Origin: Desulfovibrio sp.
GTDB taxonomy: Bacteria; Desulfobacterota; Desulfovibrionia; Desulfovibrionales; Desulfovibrionaceae
DNA: 64,000 bases
Direction: 5' to 3'
NCBI GenBank assembly: GCA_022839785.1
Contig: JALHJW010000010.1
Coordinates: forward strand, 23,669-87,668
Below are positions 49,581-59,137 of this stretch, piece by piece. Position numbers and translations under genes: made by a program. Within the stretch, counting starts at the first letter, position 1. Each line of letters opens with the position of its first letter. The notes beneath the pieces were generated by a model. It was not told where the DNA came from. It worked only from the letters and a program-made list of their open reading frames with translations, and made no database searches.

Positions 49581-52154
49581 ATGCGTCCGATCAGAAGCTT
49601 CAGCGTTGTCCCGAGACTCCCTCCCAAGCTGGAGGGCATGTGGGAACTGGCCTACAACTTCTGGTTCGCGTGGACCGACGCGGTGACCGACCTCTTCTCC
49701 CAGATCGATCTCGATCTCTGGCGGGCCTGCTACGGCAACCCCGTGGCCTTTCTCAACCAGGTGCCGCAGCGGACGCTGGAGGAGTTGTCCAGGGACGAAT
49801 TCTTCGTGGAGCGCGTGCGCGACGCGCAGAAGAGCCTGCACGACTACCTCGCCCGCACCACCTCGCCCGTCTCCTTTCCCGGCGCGGGCCGTGATACGCC
49901 CGCCGTGGCCTACTTCAGCGCCGAGTTCGGCCTGGACGTGAGCATGCCCATCTACTCGGGGGGCTTGGGCATCCTGGCCGGAGACCACCTCAAGTCCGTC
50001 TCCGACCTCAACGTGCCCCTGGTGGGCATCGGCCTGGCCTACAAGAAGGGCTATTTCCGGCAGTACCTGACTCCGGACGGCTGGCAGCAGGAGCGTTATC
50101 CCGAGTCCGACTTCGAGCAGCTGCCCATGCGCCTGGTCAAGGACGACGAGGGCCGCGCCGTGACCATCTCCGTGGACATGGCCGGGCGCGAGTGCCGCGC
50201 CCAGGTCTGGCGCGTGGACGTGGGCCGCATGCAGCTCTATCTTCTGGACTCCAACGTCCCGGAGAACGACGCGGATCTGCGCGAGGTCACGGACCAGCTC
50301 TACGGCGGCGACCTGACCATGCGCATCCGGCAGGAGATACTGCTCGGCATCGGCGGCATCCGCGCGCTGTGGGCCATGGATCTTCGCCCCACGGTCATCC
50401 ACATGAACGAGGGGCACAGCGCCTTCGCGGGGCTGGAGCGCATCCGCGTGTTCATGTCCGAGAACGGCCTGTCCTTCGAGGCGGCCATGGAGCTGGCGGC
50501 CTCCACCGCGGTCTTCACCACGCACACGCCCGTGCCCGCGGGCAACGACCGCTTCGACCCGGGGCTGATGCAGCCCTACTTCGAGAACTACGCCCGCAGC
50601 CTCGGCCTGGCCTTCAAGGTCTTTCTGGCCCTGGGACGCGAGGACCCGCGCGACGACGCCGAGTCCTTCTGCATGACCGTGCTGGCGCTGCGCCTCTCGC
50701 GCTTCAACAACGGCGTCTCCGAGCTGCACGGCAAGGTCTCGCGCAACATGTGGAAACGCGTCTGGCCGCAGTACCCGGTGGAGGACGTGCCCATCGACGC
50801 CATCACCAACGGCGTGCACCAGCCCTCGTTCGTGGCCCCGGACATGGCCGTGCTCTACGACCGCTACCTGGGGAGCAACTGGAAGGAGGACCCGGACTGC
50901 CCGCGCGTCTGGCGGCAGGCACAGAACATCCCCGATTCCGAACTGTGGCGCACCCACGAGCGGCTGCGCGAACGGCTCACGGACTACGTGCGCCAGCGCG
51001 TGGCCGAGACCCTGCGGAAACGCGGCGCGCGGCGGCGCGAGGTCGAGGAGGCGCAGGAGATACTGGACCCCCGCGCCCTGACCATCTGCTTCGCCCGTCG
51101 TTTCGCCACCTACAAGCGGGCCAACCTGCTGTTCATGGACGTGGAGCGCCTGAAGCGCCTGGTGACCAACCCGGACCGGCCCGTGCAATTCATCTTCGCG
51201 GGCAAGGCGCATCCCCAGGACAACGAGGGCAAGAAGCTCATCCAGCAGATCGTGCAGCTCTCGCGCACGCCCGAGCTGCGCAACAAGATCGTGTTCATCG
51301 AGGACTACGACATGGAGGTCGCCAAGCACATGGTGCAGGGCGGCGACGTCTGGCTGAACAACCCGCGCGTGCCGCTCGAAGCCTGCGGCACCTCGGGCAT
51401 GAAGGCCATGGCCAACGGCGTGCTCAACGTCAGCACCCTGGACGGCTGGTGGGCCGAGGCCTGGCGGCCGGACAGCTCCACGGGCTACGGCATCGGCCGG
51501 GGCGAGATCTACGACGACTGGGGCTACCAGGATTTCGTGGAGAGCCAGACGCTTTACAACGTCCTTGAGAACGACGTCGTGCCCGACTTCTACGACCGCG
51601 GCCACGCCAACATGCCGCGCGGCTGGGTCAGGCGCATGAAGACCGCCCTGGTCGAGCTTGGGCCGGTCTTTTCCGCCCACCGCATGGTGGAGGACTATTG
51701 CCGCAAGGCCTACATCCCGGCCTTCGCGAACTACAAGAAGCTGGCCGCGGACGGCTTCGCCAAGGCCAAGGAGCTGGCCGCCTGGCGCATGGACCTCATG
51801 ACCAAGTGGAGCGAGATACAGATCAGGGACGTGCGCACCGAGGCCCCGGAGCAGGTCTTCGTGGGCGAGCCGTTCATCGTCGAATGCGAGATCTGGCTCG
51901 ACGGCCTGACCCCGGACGACATCCGGGCCGAACTCTACGCCGGGCCCCTCAACCAGGACGGCGACCTGGCGCAGCGACGCACCGTGCCGCTTGCGGCCGA
52001 GGGCAAGGGCAAGGACGGCTGGCACACCTACCGGGGCGAACTGGTGCCCCAGGAGGCGGGACGCTACGGCTTCACCATCCGGCTGCTGCCCTACCACCCG
52101 CTGCTCATCGACCCGCGTTCCCTGGGGCTGATCCGCTGGGTGGAGGCGCGCTGA
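49581..52154 (+). CDS. glgP: Alpha-glucan (glycogen) phosphorylase
   Basis: YFSAEFG, YSGGLGILAGD, HMNEGH, FTTHTPVPAG, ARRFATYKR, EACGTSGMK; AGGAG RBS. Confidence 0.96.
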   Translation: MRPIRSFSVVPRLPPKLEGMWELAYNFWFAWTDAVTDLFSQIDLDLWRACYGNPVAFLNQVPQRTLEELSRDEFFVERVRDAQKSLHDYLARTTSPVSFPGAGRDTPAVAYFSAEFGLDVSMPIYSGGLGILAGDHLKSVSDLNVPLVGIGLAYKKGYFRQYLTPDGWQQERYPESDFEQLPMRLVKDDEGRAVTISVDMAGRECRAQVWRVDVGRMQLYLLDSNVPENDADLREVTDQLYGGDLTMRIRQEILLGIGGIRALWAMDLRPTVIHMNEGHSAFAGLERIRVFMSENGLSFEAAMELAASTAVFTTHTPVPAGNDRFDPGLMQPYFENYARSLGLAFKVFLALGREDPRDDAESFCMTVLALRLSRFNNGVSELHGKVSRNMWKRVWPQYPVEDVPIDAITNGVHQPSFVAPDMAVLYDRYLGSNWKEDPDCPRVWRQAQNIPDSELWRTHERLRERLTDYVRQRVAETLRKRGARRREVEEAQEILDPRALTICFARRFATYKRANLLFMDVERLKRLVTNPDRPVQFIFAGKAHPQDNEGKKLIQQIVQLSRTPELRNKIVFIEDYDMEVAKHMVQGGDVWLNNPRVPLEACGTSGMKAMANGVLNVSTLDGWWAEAWRPDSSTGYGIGRGEIYDDWGYQDFVESQTLYNVLENDVVPDFYDRGHANMPRGWVRRMKTALVELGPVFSAHRMVEDYCRKAYIPAFANYKKLAADGFAKAKELAAWRMDLMTKWSEIQIRDVRTEAPEQVFVGEPFIVECEIWLDGLTPDDIRAELYAGPLNQDGDLAQRRTVPLAAEGKGKDGWHTYRGELVPQEAGRYGFTIRLLPYHPLLIDPRSLGLIRWVEAR

Positions 52155-52273
52155 GCAGGGGAAATTCCGCCGCCCCCTTGCTTTTGCAGGACGGCTTGGC
52201 GTAAGGATACGACCGGGGATCGGGGGGGCCGCGCGAGCGGTTCAGCGAGAACATTTTCGGCGACGGATGAAGG

Positions 52274-52699
52274 ATGTCGTTTCTTAAAAAAATTCTGAAG
52301 GTTGCGTCCGGCAAAAAAAACGACGACAGGCGCGCCGCCTTCAGGGTCGAGATTCCCCTTCTGCGCGCCAAGCTCTCGGGCAAACCGGTCAGCGTCAGCG
52401 TGCGGGACATCAGCGCCACGGGCATCTCGCTCAACTCGGTGGCCCGGGAGTTCAGCCCGGGCAACCAGGTGGTGGTCAACCTGTTCATGGGGGCCAAACT
52501 CCTGGTGGCCGACCTGATGATCGAGGTGGTGCGCGTGGGCAAGGGCTACGTGGGCGGCAAGTTCGTGCAGCTGACCACGCAGCAGGCGGATTTCTTGCAC
52601 TCCCTGACCCTGGACGAGCAGAAGAAGCTCGCGGACATCAAGAAGAAAGAGGGCGAGAAGGGCGAAAAAGCCGAGAACGGAGTGTCCGCCAAGGCCTGA
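52274..52699 (+). CDS. Stand-alone PilZ domain protein
   Basis: RRAAFRV (RxxxR) and DISATG (DxSxxG). Confidence 0.85.
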   Translation: MSFLKKILKVASGKKNDDRRAAFRVEIPLLRAKLSGKPVSVSVRDISATGISLNSVAREFSPGNQVVVNLFMGAKLLVADLMIEVVRVGKGYVGGKFVQLTTQQADFLHSLTLDEQKKLADIKKKEGEKGEKAENGVSAKA

Positions 52700-52724
52700 G
52701 CCCGGCGGCGCGAACGATTTTTTC

Positions 52725-52758
52725 AGGGCGGGGGGACGCAGGTCTCCCCGCCCTTTTT
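52725..52758. terminator. Bidirectional intrinsic terminator between the convergent PilZ gene and cbiL
   Basis: agggcggggggac-gcag-gtctccccgccct followed by tttt. Confidence 0.75.
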
Positions 52759-52767
52759 ACGTTTCGG

Positions 52768-53499
52768 CTACGGTCCGTCCGGGCCGTTCTCCTCCCGTTC
52801 CCTGAGCACCAGCAGCAACGAGAAGTAGGGCAGCTTTTCCGGCACCGCGTCCAGGCCCGTCCACAGGGCCTCATCGGCCATGCCCAGGCGGGAGACGGCG
52901 ACGACCCGGGTCCCCCTGTCCAGCCGGGCCAGGACCCGGCGGATGGCCGGGAGGTTGCGGTAGGCCTTGAGCACCACGGCGTTGTCCGCGCCCGCCAGGG
53001 CTGCCGCGAGTTGCTCCTCGTCCGCGATGCCCGAGACGATGGTCAGGTTCTCCTCGGCCTCGCACAGGGGGCTCAGGGTGGCGGCCGCCGCGGCCTGGTA
53101 CGAGGTCACGCCGGGCACGGCCTCGACGCGCGCATCGGGAGCCAGCCTGCGCAGGGTGCGCAGGAGGTAGCCGAAGGTGCTGTAGGTCATGGGGTCGCCG
53201 AGGGTCAGGAAGGCCGCGTCGCGGCCCGAGGCCAGAACCTCGCGCACGCGGCGGGCCGCCGCCTCCCAGGCCGCGGTCAGGACGGCGCGGTCGCGGGTCA
53301 TGGGGAACTCAAGCCGCTCCACGGCCGCGCCCGGGGCGAGGTGCGCGCGGGCGATGTCCAGGGCATGCGAATGGTCGTTCTTGGGCGAGGCCGCGGTGAA
53401 GACCACGTCCGCCCGGCCCAGGATGCGGGCGGCCTTGAGGGTCAGGAGTTCGGGATCGCCGGGGCCGACGCCCACGGCGTAGAGGGTTCCGTTGGTCAT
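52768..53499 (-). CDS. cbiL: Precorrin-2 / Co-factor II C20-methyltransferase
   Basis: VGVGPGDPELLTLKA, EFPM, FLTLGDPMTYST, VPGVTS, VVLK, PYFS. Confidence 0.92.
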   Translation of the reverse strand: MTNGTLYAVGVGPGDPELLTLKAARILGRADVVFTAASPKNDHSHALDIARAHLAPGAAVERLEFPMTRDRAVLTAAWEAAARRVREVLASGRDAAFLTLGDPMTYSTFGYLLRTLRRLAPDARVEAVPGVTSYQAAAAATLSPLCEAEENLTIVSGIADEEQLAAALAGADNAVVLKAYRNLPAIRRVLARLDRGTRVVAVSRLGMADEALWTGLDAVPEKLPYFSLLLVLREREENGPDGP

Positions 53500-54476
53500 T
53501 GCGCTGCTCCGGGGGCTGTGTGCTGTGCGGCGTCCGGCGCGGTCCCCAGGGGCTGCGCGACGCGGTCCGGGTGCAGGAACGCGGCCAGCCGCTCCACGGC
53601 CTCCACGTTGCGCGGCCCAGTGCGGGAAAAGGTCATCCAGTCGGCGAAAAGCACCCGTCCCTGGCGCACGGCGGGCAGGTCGCGGAAGAATTCGCGCTGG
53701 GCCGGGGGCTCGGGCGAGGGGTTCATGGGGCCGTCCAGCACCAGGTAGGCCTCGGGCGCCAGGGAGACGAGGGCCTCCAGGTTGAGGGGCTGGTGCGTGT
53801 GCGGGGCCTCGGGCACGATGGTTCCGCCCGCCAGGCGCACGATTTCGCCGGTCATGCCCGTGCCGCCCGCCACGAGCAGCGGCGGGAACCGGACCTCGGC
53901 CATGACCCGGGGCCGGGGCGCGTTCGCCACCCGCCGCGCCACCGCGTCCAGCCTGGCCTGCATGGGCGCGATGGCGGCCTCGGCCCGCGCCGTCTCTCCC
54001 GTCAGGACGCCCAGGCGGCGATAGACGGCGAAGAGGTCGGCGAAGGAGGCGATGCGCAGCACTGCCACGTCCAGGCCCTGGGCGCGGAGATCCTGGGCCG
54101 CGGCCAGGGCGGGGTCGCGGCCGCCGAGCAGGACCACGAGATCGGGGCGCGCGCCCAGGATCAGCTCCAGGTTGGGGCGAAGATGCGTGCCCACCGTGGG
54201 CAGCCCCTGCAGGCCGGGCAAGGCGACGTCCGAACTGGTGCGGGCGATGATCCGTCCGCTTAGCCCCATGTCCGCCAGCACCTCGTCGAAGCCCGCATAG
54301 AGCGTGACGATGCGTTGCGCGGGCGCGGCCAGGACGACGGTCCGCCCCGTGTCGTCAAGGATCGCGGGCCGGTCTGCCTGCGCCGCCTCAGGCGGCAGGA
54401 GAAGCAGCGCCAGGAGCGAAAAGAGCCTGGGGAGCGCCCGTGCGCGGGTGCGCCACGATATCCACGTCGGTTTCAT
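53496..54476 (-). CDS. Cobalamin/iron-siderophore ABC substrate-binding protein
   Basis: Signal peptide; DDTGRTV...AQRIVTL, VG..LRPNLE, PDLV, RTGPR. Confidence 0.85.
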   Translation of the reverse strand: MKPTWISWRTRARALPRLFSLLALLLLPPEAAQADRPAILDDTGRTVVLAAPAQRIVTLYAGFDEVLADMGLSGRIIARTSSDVALPGLQGLPTVGTHLRPNLELILGARPDLVVLLGGRDPALAAAQDLRAQGLDVAVLRIASFADLFAVYRRLGVLTGETARAEAAIAPMQARLDAVARRVANAPRPRVMAEVRFPPLLVAGGTGMTGEIVRLAGGTIVPEAPHTHQPLNLEALVSLAPEAYLVLDGPMNPSPEPPAQREFFRDLPAVRQGRVLFADWMTFSRTGPRNVEAVERLAAFLHPDRVAQPLGTAPDAAQHTAPGAAQ

Positions 54477-55176
54477 AGATCTCCATGAGTATGTCGCGCC
54501 GGAAGACGTCGGCCGTGAGGCCCTGGTGCGCGACGCGGCCGTTCTTGAGAAAGACGAGGCGGCTGCAGTAGAGCGCCGCCAGGTTGAGGTCGTGCAGCAC
54601 GGCCACGGCGGTCAGCCCGGCGCGGCAGCGCGCCGCCAGCAGGTCGTGCATGCGGATGCGGGCCGCCGCGTCCAGCCCGGCCGAGGCCTCGTCCAGGAGC
54701 AGGACGGGCGTTTCCTGGCACAGGGCGCGGGCGAAGAGCGCGCGCTGGCGTTCGCCGCCCGAGAGTTCGTCCGCCGGACGCGCGGCGAGATGGGCCACGC
54801 CCGCGGCCTGCATGGCCGCGAGGGCCACGCGGTAGTCCTCCGGGCCGTAGCCGCCCAGCAGCGGCAGCCGCGCCATGCGGCCCATGAGCACCAGGGAGAG
54901 GAGGCGCAGGCCCTGCGCCGGTTCGGCGCTCTGCGGAACCACGGCCACGCGGCGGGCGCGTTCGTGCGGGGCGAGCCGCCACATTTCGTCCCCGTCCAGG
55001 CGGACCGATCCGGCCTGCGGCCGCAGCACGCCCGCCAGGCAGAGGAGCAGGGTGGTCTTGCCCGCGCCGTTGGGGCCGAGGACGCCGACCAGTTCGCCGG
55101 ACGCGGCCGCGAGATCGACGCCGTGCAGCACGGTTCGGCCGCCGTATCCGGCGCAGAGGCCCTCCGCCGCGATCAT
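54388..55176 (-). CDS. Cobalamin/iron ABC transporter ATP-binding protein
   Basis: GPNGAGKTT, VPQ, LSGGERQR, LLLDE, VLHDLNLA. Confidence 0.92.
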   Translation of the reverse strand: MIAAEGLCAGYGGRTVLHGVDLAAASGELVGVLGPNGAGKTTLLLCLAGVLRPQAGSVRLDGDEMWRLAPHERARRVAVVPQSAEPAQGLRLLSLVLMGRMARLPLLGGYGPEDYRVALAAMQAAGVAHLAARPADELSGGERQRALFARALCQETPVLLLDEASAGLDAAARIRMHDLLAARCRAGLTAVAVLHDLNLAALYCSRLVFLKNGRVAHQGLTADVFRRDILMEIYETDVDIVAHPRTGAPQALFAPGAASPAA

Positions 55177-56279
55177 GCCGTTCCCCGCCGCGAGCGCAGG
55201 AGCACCATGCAGAAGAACGGCCCGCCGAGCAGGGCCGTGACCACGCCCAGGGGCAGCTCCAGGCCGCCGGGCAGGGCGCTGCGGGCCAGGACGTCGGCCC
55301 AGACCAGGAGCAGCCCGCCGAGCAGGCCGGAGACCAGAAGCAGGGGCCGGTGCTCGGCCCCGGTGAAGCGCCGGGCCAGATGCGGCACCACCAGCCCCAC
55401 GAAGCCGACGACCCCGGAGACGGCCACGGCCGCCCCCGCCAGCAGGCTGGCCGCCACGAGCAGGCGCAGGCGGGCGCGCGTCGCGTCCACGCCGAGCAGC
55501 CGGGCCTGCAGGCTGCCCAGGGAAAGGGCGTCCAGGTCCCGCGCCCGCAGCCAGACCAGGGCGAGGCCCAGGACCAGATAGGGGAGGAGCAGGGCGAGGT
55601 GGCCGCCCCCCCGGCCCTGCAGGCTGCCCATGAGCCAGAAGACGATGCTGGCCGTGGACTCCTCGTCCAAAGCCTTGAGCAGCGCGATGCAGGCCGAAAG
55701 GAAGGTGGCCGTGATGATGCCCGCCAGGACCATGGTCTCCCGTCCGGGGCCGCGCGCCGCGCGGGCCAGCAGCAGCACGGCGGCCAGCGCGGTCAGCGCC
55801 CCGGCCAGACCGGCCAGGGGCAGCAGGCCGATGCGCAGCCCCAGGACGGTGAAGGCCGTGCGCGCCGCCAGGCCGCAGAAGATGGCCAGACTCGCGCCGC
55901 AGGCCGCGCCCGTGGAGACGCCGAGGGTGAAGGCGTCGGCCAGGGGGTTGCGCAGGATGCCCTGGAAAACGCAGCCCGCCACGGCCAGGGCCGTGCCCAC
56001 GCAGAAGGCCAGCAGACCGCGCAGGAGCCGCAGTTCGAGGACCACGGTGCGCCGCACCGGGTCGAGCGCCGCCCCCTCCCTGCCCGTGAGGTCGAGGAGG
56101 GCGGCGAGCACGTCGTCGGCCGGGACCGGCAGCGGCCCGATGAGGCAGGCGGCGAGCAGCGAGGCGACGGCCGCGGCGAGAAGCAGCCCCGCCCCCCCGG
56201 TCAGCCGCAGGGCGCGGCCGCGTTCCGCGGCGTGCAGGGCCTCCGCGGCCGACAGGGGGGAGGGCAGGGAGTCGCTCAA
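55173..56279 (-). CDS. FecCD/BtuC family permease
   Basis: RNPLADAFTLGVSTGA, FWLMGSL, SGVVGFVGLVVPH, GGPFF; TTG start. Confidence 0.92.
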   Translation of the reverse strand: MSDSLPSPLSAAEALHAAERGRALRLTGGAGLLLAAAVASLLAACLIGPLPVPADDVLAALLDLTGREGAALDPVRRTVVLELRLLRGLLAFCVGTALAVAGCVFQGILRNPLADAFTLGVSTGAACGASLAIFCGLAARTAFTVLGLRIGLLPLAGLAGALTALAAVLLLARAARGPGRETMVLAGIITATFLSACIALLKALDEESTASIVFWLMGSLQGRGGGHLALLLPYLVLGLALVWLRARDLDALSLGSLQARLLGVDATRARLRLLVAASLLAGAAVAVSGVVGFVGLVVPHLARRFTGAEHRPLLLVSGLLGGLLLVWADVLARSALPGGLELPLGVVTALLGGPFFCMVLLRSRRGTA

Positions 56280-57169
56280 TGCGCGTGGTCTTCCGCGAGT
56301 CCGGCCACAGCCTGACGCAGATGTTCGATCCAGATCCCGGCCACGGCGTCGGACGAGGCCAACCCGGCGAGCACCGGCGTGACCTTAAGCCCCGCGGCCG
56401 TCATGATCGAGGCCCAGGAGTCCGGCTCCCCGCCCGCGATGTCGTTCTGGGCATGGTCCCCGGCCACGGCCATGAGCGGCACCAGGGTCACGCTGCGGAC
56501 CTTTTGCCTGGCGAGGCGGGCCGTGATCTCTTCAGGTCCGGTGCGGCCCTCGACCGTGCCCACCAGATGCGCGGCCGAACGTTCCGCCAGCACGGCCTGC
56601 AGGGCCGGATAGGTCACGCCCGCCGGGTGCTCCGTGCCGTGGCCCACGAAGACCACGGCCTCGCCTTTCCTGGCCGGGTAGGCGGCGGTCAGGAGCTCGG
56701 CCGCCCGGGCTAGGTCGTCCTCGGTGGAGAGCAGCGGCAGGCCGACGCTCACGCGGCGCGGACCGTCCTTTTTGCCCTCCAGGGCGCGGGCGGTGCGCAG
56801 GAGGTCGTGGAACTCGAAGCCGGGGATGACGTGCAGGGGCTGCACCGCGATGTCGGTGAAGCCCTCGTTGGCCATGCGGGCCAGGGCCAGGGCCGGGGAG
56901 TCGGGAAGCTCGCCGCCCGCGCCCAGCTTGGTGCGGATCATGGCCGAGGTGTAGGCCCAGCGGATGGGCGTGCCGGGAAAGGCCTCGCGCGCCAGGCGGT
57001 CGAGGTTGTCGTAGGCGACGCGGGCCTCGGGCGCCGAAGTGCCGAAGGCCACCAGCAACACGCCCTGCCTGGGCGGTTTTGCGTCGCCGTGTCCGGCCAG
57101 GGCCGGGAGGACGGAGAGGCTGAGGACGGAAAGCAACAGCAGGGTGAGCCGGAACGTGCGAGCGATCAT
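56276..57169 (-). CDS. cbiK: Sirohydrochlorin cobaltochelatase CbiK with signal peptide (periplasmic type)
   Basis: Signal MIARTFRL...ALA; LLVAFGTS, QPLHVIPG, VGHGT, GTVEG, PLMAVAGDHAQNDI; GGAGG RBS. Confidence 0.9.
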   Translation of the reverse strand: MIARTFRLTLLLLSVLSLSVLPALAGHGDAKPPRQGVLLVAFGTSAPEARVAYDNLDRLAREAFPGTPIRWAYTSAMIRTKLGAGGELPDSPALALARMANEGFTDIAVQPLHVIPGFEFHDLLRTARALEGKKDGPRRVSVGLPLLSTEDDLARAAELLTAAYPARKGEAVVFVGHGTEHPAGVTYPALQAVLAERSAAHLVGTVEGRTGPEEITARLARQKVRSVTLVPLMAVAGDHAQNDIAGGEPDSWASIMTAAGLKVTPVLAGLASSDAVAGIWIEHLRQAVAGLAEDHAH

Positions 57170-57309
57170 GGCGATCCTCCATGTTTCCGGGGCAAAGAGA
57201 AAATCCCCGCGTCCGTCGGCCGTCATGTGCGACGCCGGGAGGCCGGGATTTCCACAGGAAGGTCCGAACCGGCAGTTGCCCCCGTCGCCGGTGCGGATGG
57301 CCGCATGAT

Positions 57310-57479
57310 GTCCGGACAGGTCTTCTGGCTCTCCCGGAGCCCGCTCCGCCTTCCCGCCCGAGGGCAGTGGCATGCGTGGAGGGGCCGATTTCCCCGTTGC
57401 CGGGGCCGGGATTACAGCGGCGAGGGCCGCTCCGGTCTCGCACCGGATTCCCAATTGAGCGCGGGTCGCGCATCCGAAC
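57310..57479 (-). ncRNA. Cobalamin (B12) riboswitch
   Basis: Minus strand: AATTGGGAATCCGGTGCGAGACCGGAGCGGCCC..GCTGTAA, GCCACTG..GGGAAGG, AGCCAGAAGACCTG; P1 GTTCGGAT/GTCCGGAC; lies upstream of the cbiK-ABC-cbiL operon. Confidence 0.93.
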
Positions 57480-57485
57480 GGCGGA

Positions 57486-57516
57486 TGTATAGGACGGAAG
57501 GGGGGAGGCGTGTCAA
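57486..57516 (-). promoter_or_regulatory. Candidate sigma70 promoter for the riboswitch leader
   Basis: TTGACA (57516-57511) followed by TATACA, but with a long (19-nt) spacer. Confidence 0.4.
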
Positions 57517-57536
57517 GCCGGGGGCGTCCGACAGGG

Positions 57537-58334
57537 TCAGACGGTCGCGATGCGGGCCAGGGCGGCGCGCAGATGGGCCAGCCAGATGGCGCGGAAGCCC
57601 GGGTGCTCCGAGGCTCCGGCGATCACGGCGCGCACGCGCAGGCCCGCGGCGGAAAAGACGCTGCGCCAGGAGGCGGGGCCTTCGCCCGCGATGTCCTCGC
57701 GCACGTGATGGCCGGGCGCGCACATGAAGGGCAGCAGGCAGACGCTGCGCACGCCCGAGGCCGCGAGATCGGCCGCCGTCTCCCCGGCCCCGGGACCCCC
57801 CGTGAGCAGGCCCAGGCGGAGCAGGGGGTCGGCGGCCGCGGCCAGGGCCAGGAAGGCCGCGTACTGCGCCGCGCCGTCCGCCTCGCTGCCGTGGCCCACC
57901 AGGACCACGGCCTCGTCCGGGGCGCGGTCGCCCGGGATGTAGCCGGGCAGGGCGCGGGCCGCGGCCAGAAGATCGGCCTCGTCGCCCAGCAGCGGTCCGC
58001 CCACGGCCAGGGCGTCGAAGCGCGCCGCGCCCTCCTGGGCCGCGCGGCAGGCGTCGAGCATGCCGCAGTATTCCTGGCCGGGGATGACGTGCAGGGACTG
58101 CACCGCCACCCGCCGCGCGCCCTCTTCGCGCAGCCGGGCCAGGGCCTCGGCCGGGGAGGCCGCGGTCCGTCCGAGGCCCGCGAGGCGTTCGCGCACCTTG
58201 GCCGAGGTCGAGGCGAAGGCCAGTCTGCAGCCAGGGAGCACGCGGGCTGCCTCGGCGGCAAAGGTCCGGCAGCCCGCGTCCGCGTCGTCGCGCGCGGCCC
58301 CGTAGGCGGCGATGAGGATGGCGGTGTCGTGCAT
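57537..58334 (-). CDS. cbiK: Second sirohydrochlorin cobaltochelatase CbiK, no signal peptide (cytoplasmic type)
   Basis: ILIAAYG, VQSLHVIPGQEY, VGHGS, LPFMCAPGHHVREDI. Confidence 0.82.
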   Translation of the reverse strand: MHDTAILIAAYGAARDDADAGCRTFAAEAARVLPGCRLAFASTSAKVRERLAGLGRTAASPAEALARLREEGARRVAVQSLHVIPGQEYCGMLDACRAAQEGAARFDALAVGGPLLGDEADLLAAARALPGYIPGDRAPDEAVVLVGHGSEADGAAQYAAFLALAAAADPLLRLGLLTGGPGAGETAADLAASGVRSVCLLPFMCAPGHHVREDIAGEGPASWRSVFSAAGLRVRAVIAGASEHPGFRAIWLAHLRAALARIATV

Positions 58335-58480
58335 GGCGTTTCTCGGCGGCCCCGCGGCCGTCTTCGTCCGGAGCAGAAGCCCTACGTGCGGCCCGTCCGC
58401 CTGTCAAGCCGCCAAGTCCCGTGCGGCGCGGCCCGCCGCGGGCTTGCCATGTCCGTGCGGCTGGCGTATCACCCCGGCCC

Positions 58481-59071
58481 ATGCGCACATGCATCACCGA
58501 CCGCCGCAGGGATCGGATCAGGGGGGTCCTGGCCAGACGCCAGAAGGACCTCACCCTGGTCATCGACAACGTCTGGGACCCGCACAACGTCTCGGCGATC
58601 CTGCGTTCCTGCGACGCCTTCGGGCTGGCGGCGGTGCATCTGCACTATACGGGCGAGGCCTTCCCCGAGATCGGGCGCAAGTCCTCGGCCTCGGCCCGCA
58701 AGTGGGTCTCCCGCCACCTCCACGAGGACGCCGCGTCCATGGCCGCCGAGCTGAAGGGACAGGGCATGCGGATACTCGCCACCGGCTTCACGGAGCACGC
58801 CAGGCCGCTCACCGAGTGGGACCTGTCCGCGCCCACGGCCGTGGTCCTGTCCAACGAGCACGACGGCGTGAAGCAGGAGCTGCTTCCCTATTGCGACGGC
58901 ATGATCTACATCCCCATGATGGGCATGGTGCAGAGTCTCAACGTCTCGGTGGCCGCGGCCATCATCCTCTACGAGGCCTGGCGGCAGCGTTCCGCCAAGG
59001 GCCTGTACGACCGCCCCAGTTTCTCGGAAGAGGAGCTGGAGGGCCTGTATCGCGACTGGTGCAGCCGATGA
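58481..59071 (+). CDS. trmH: tRNA (guanosine18-2'-O)-methyltransferase TrmH family
   Basis: DPHNVSAILRSCDAFG, SNEHDG, IPMMGMVQSLNVSVA. Confidence 0.88.
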   Translation: MRTCITDRRRDRIRGVLARRQKDLTLVIDNVWDPHNVSAILRSCDAFGLAAVHLHYTGEAFPEIGRKSSASARKWVSRHLHEDAASMAAELKGQGMRILATGFTEHARPLTEWDLSAPTAVVLSNEHDGVKQELLPYCDGMIYIPMMGMVQSLNVSVAAAIILYEAWRQRSAKGLYDRPSFSEEELEGLYRDWCSR

Positions 59072-59137
59072 ATTCCGGACAAGGCGCTCGACCACGGGAA
59101 TCGAAGCCTCGCCCGGAAGACGGGCGGCGGAGGATGT

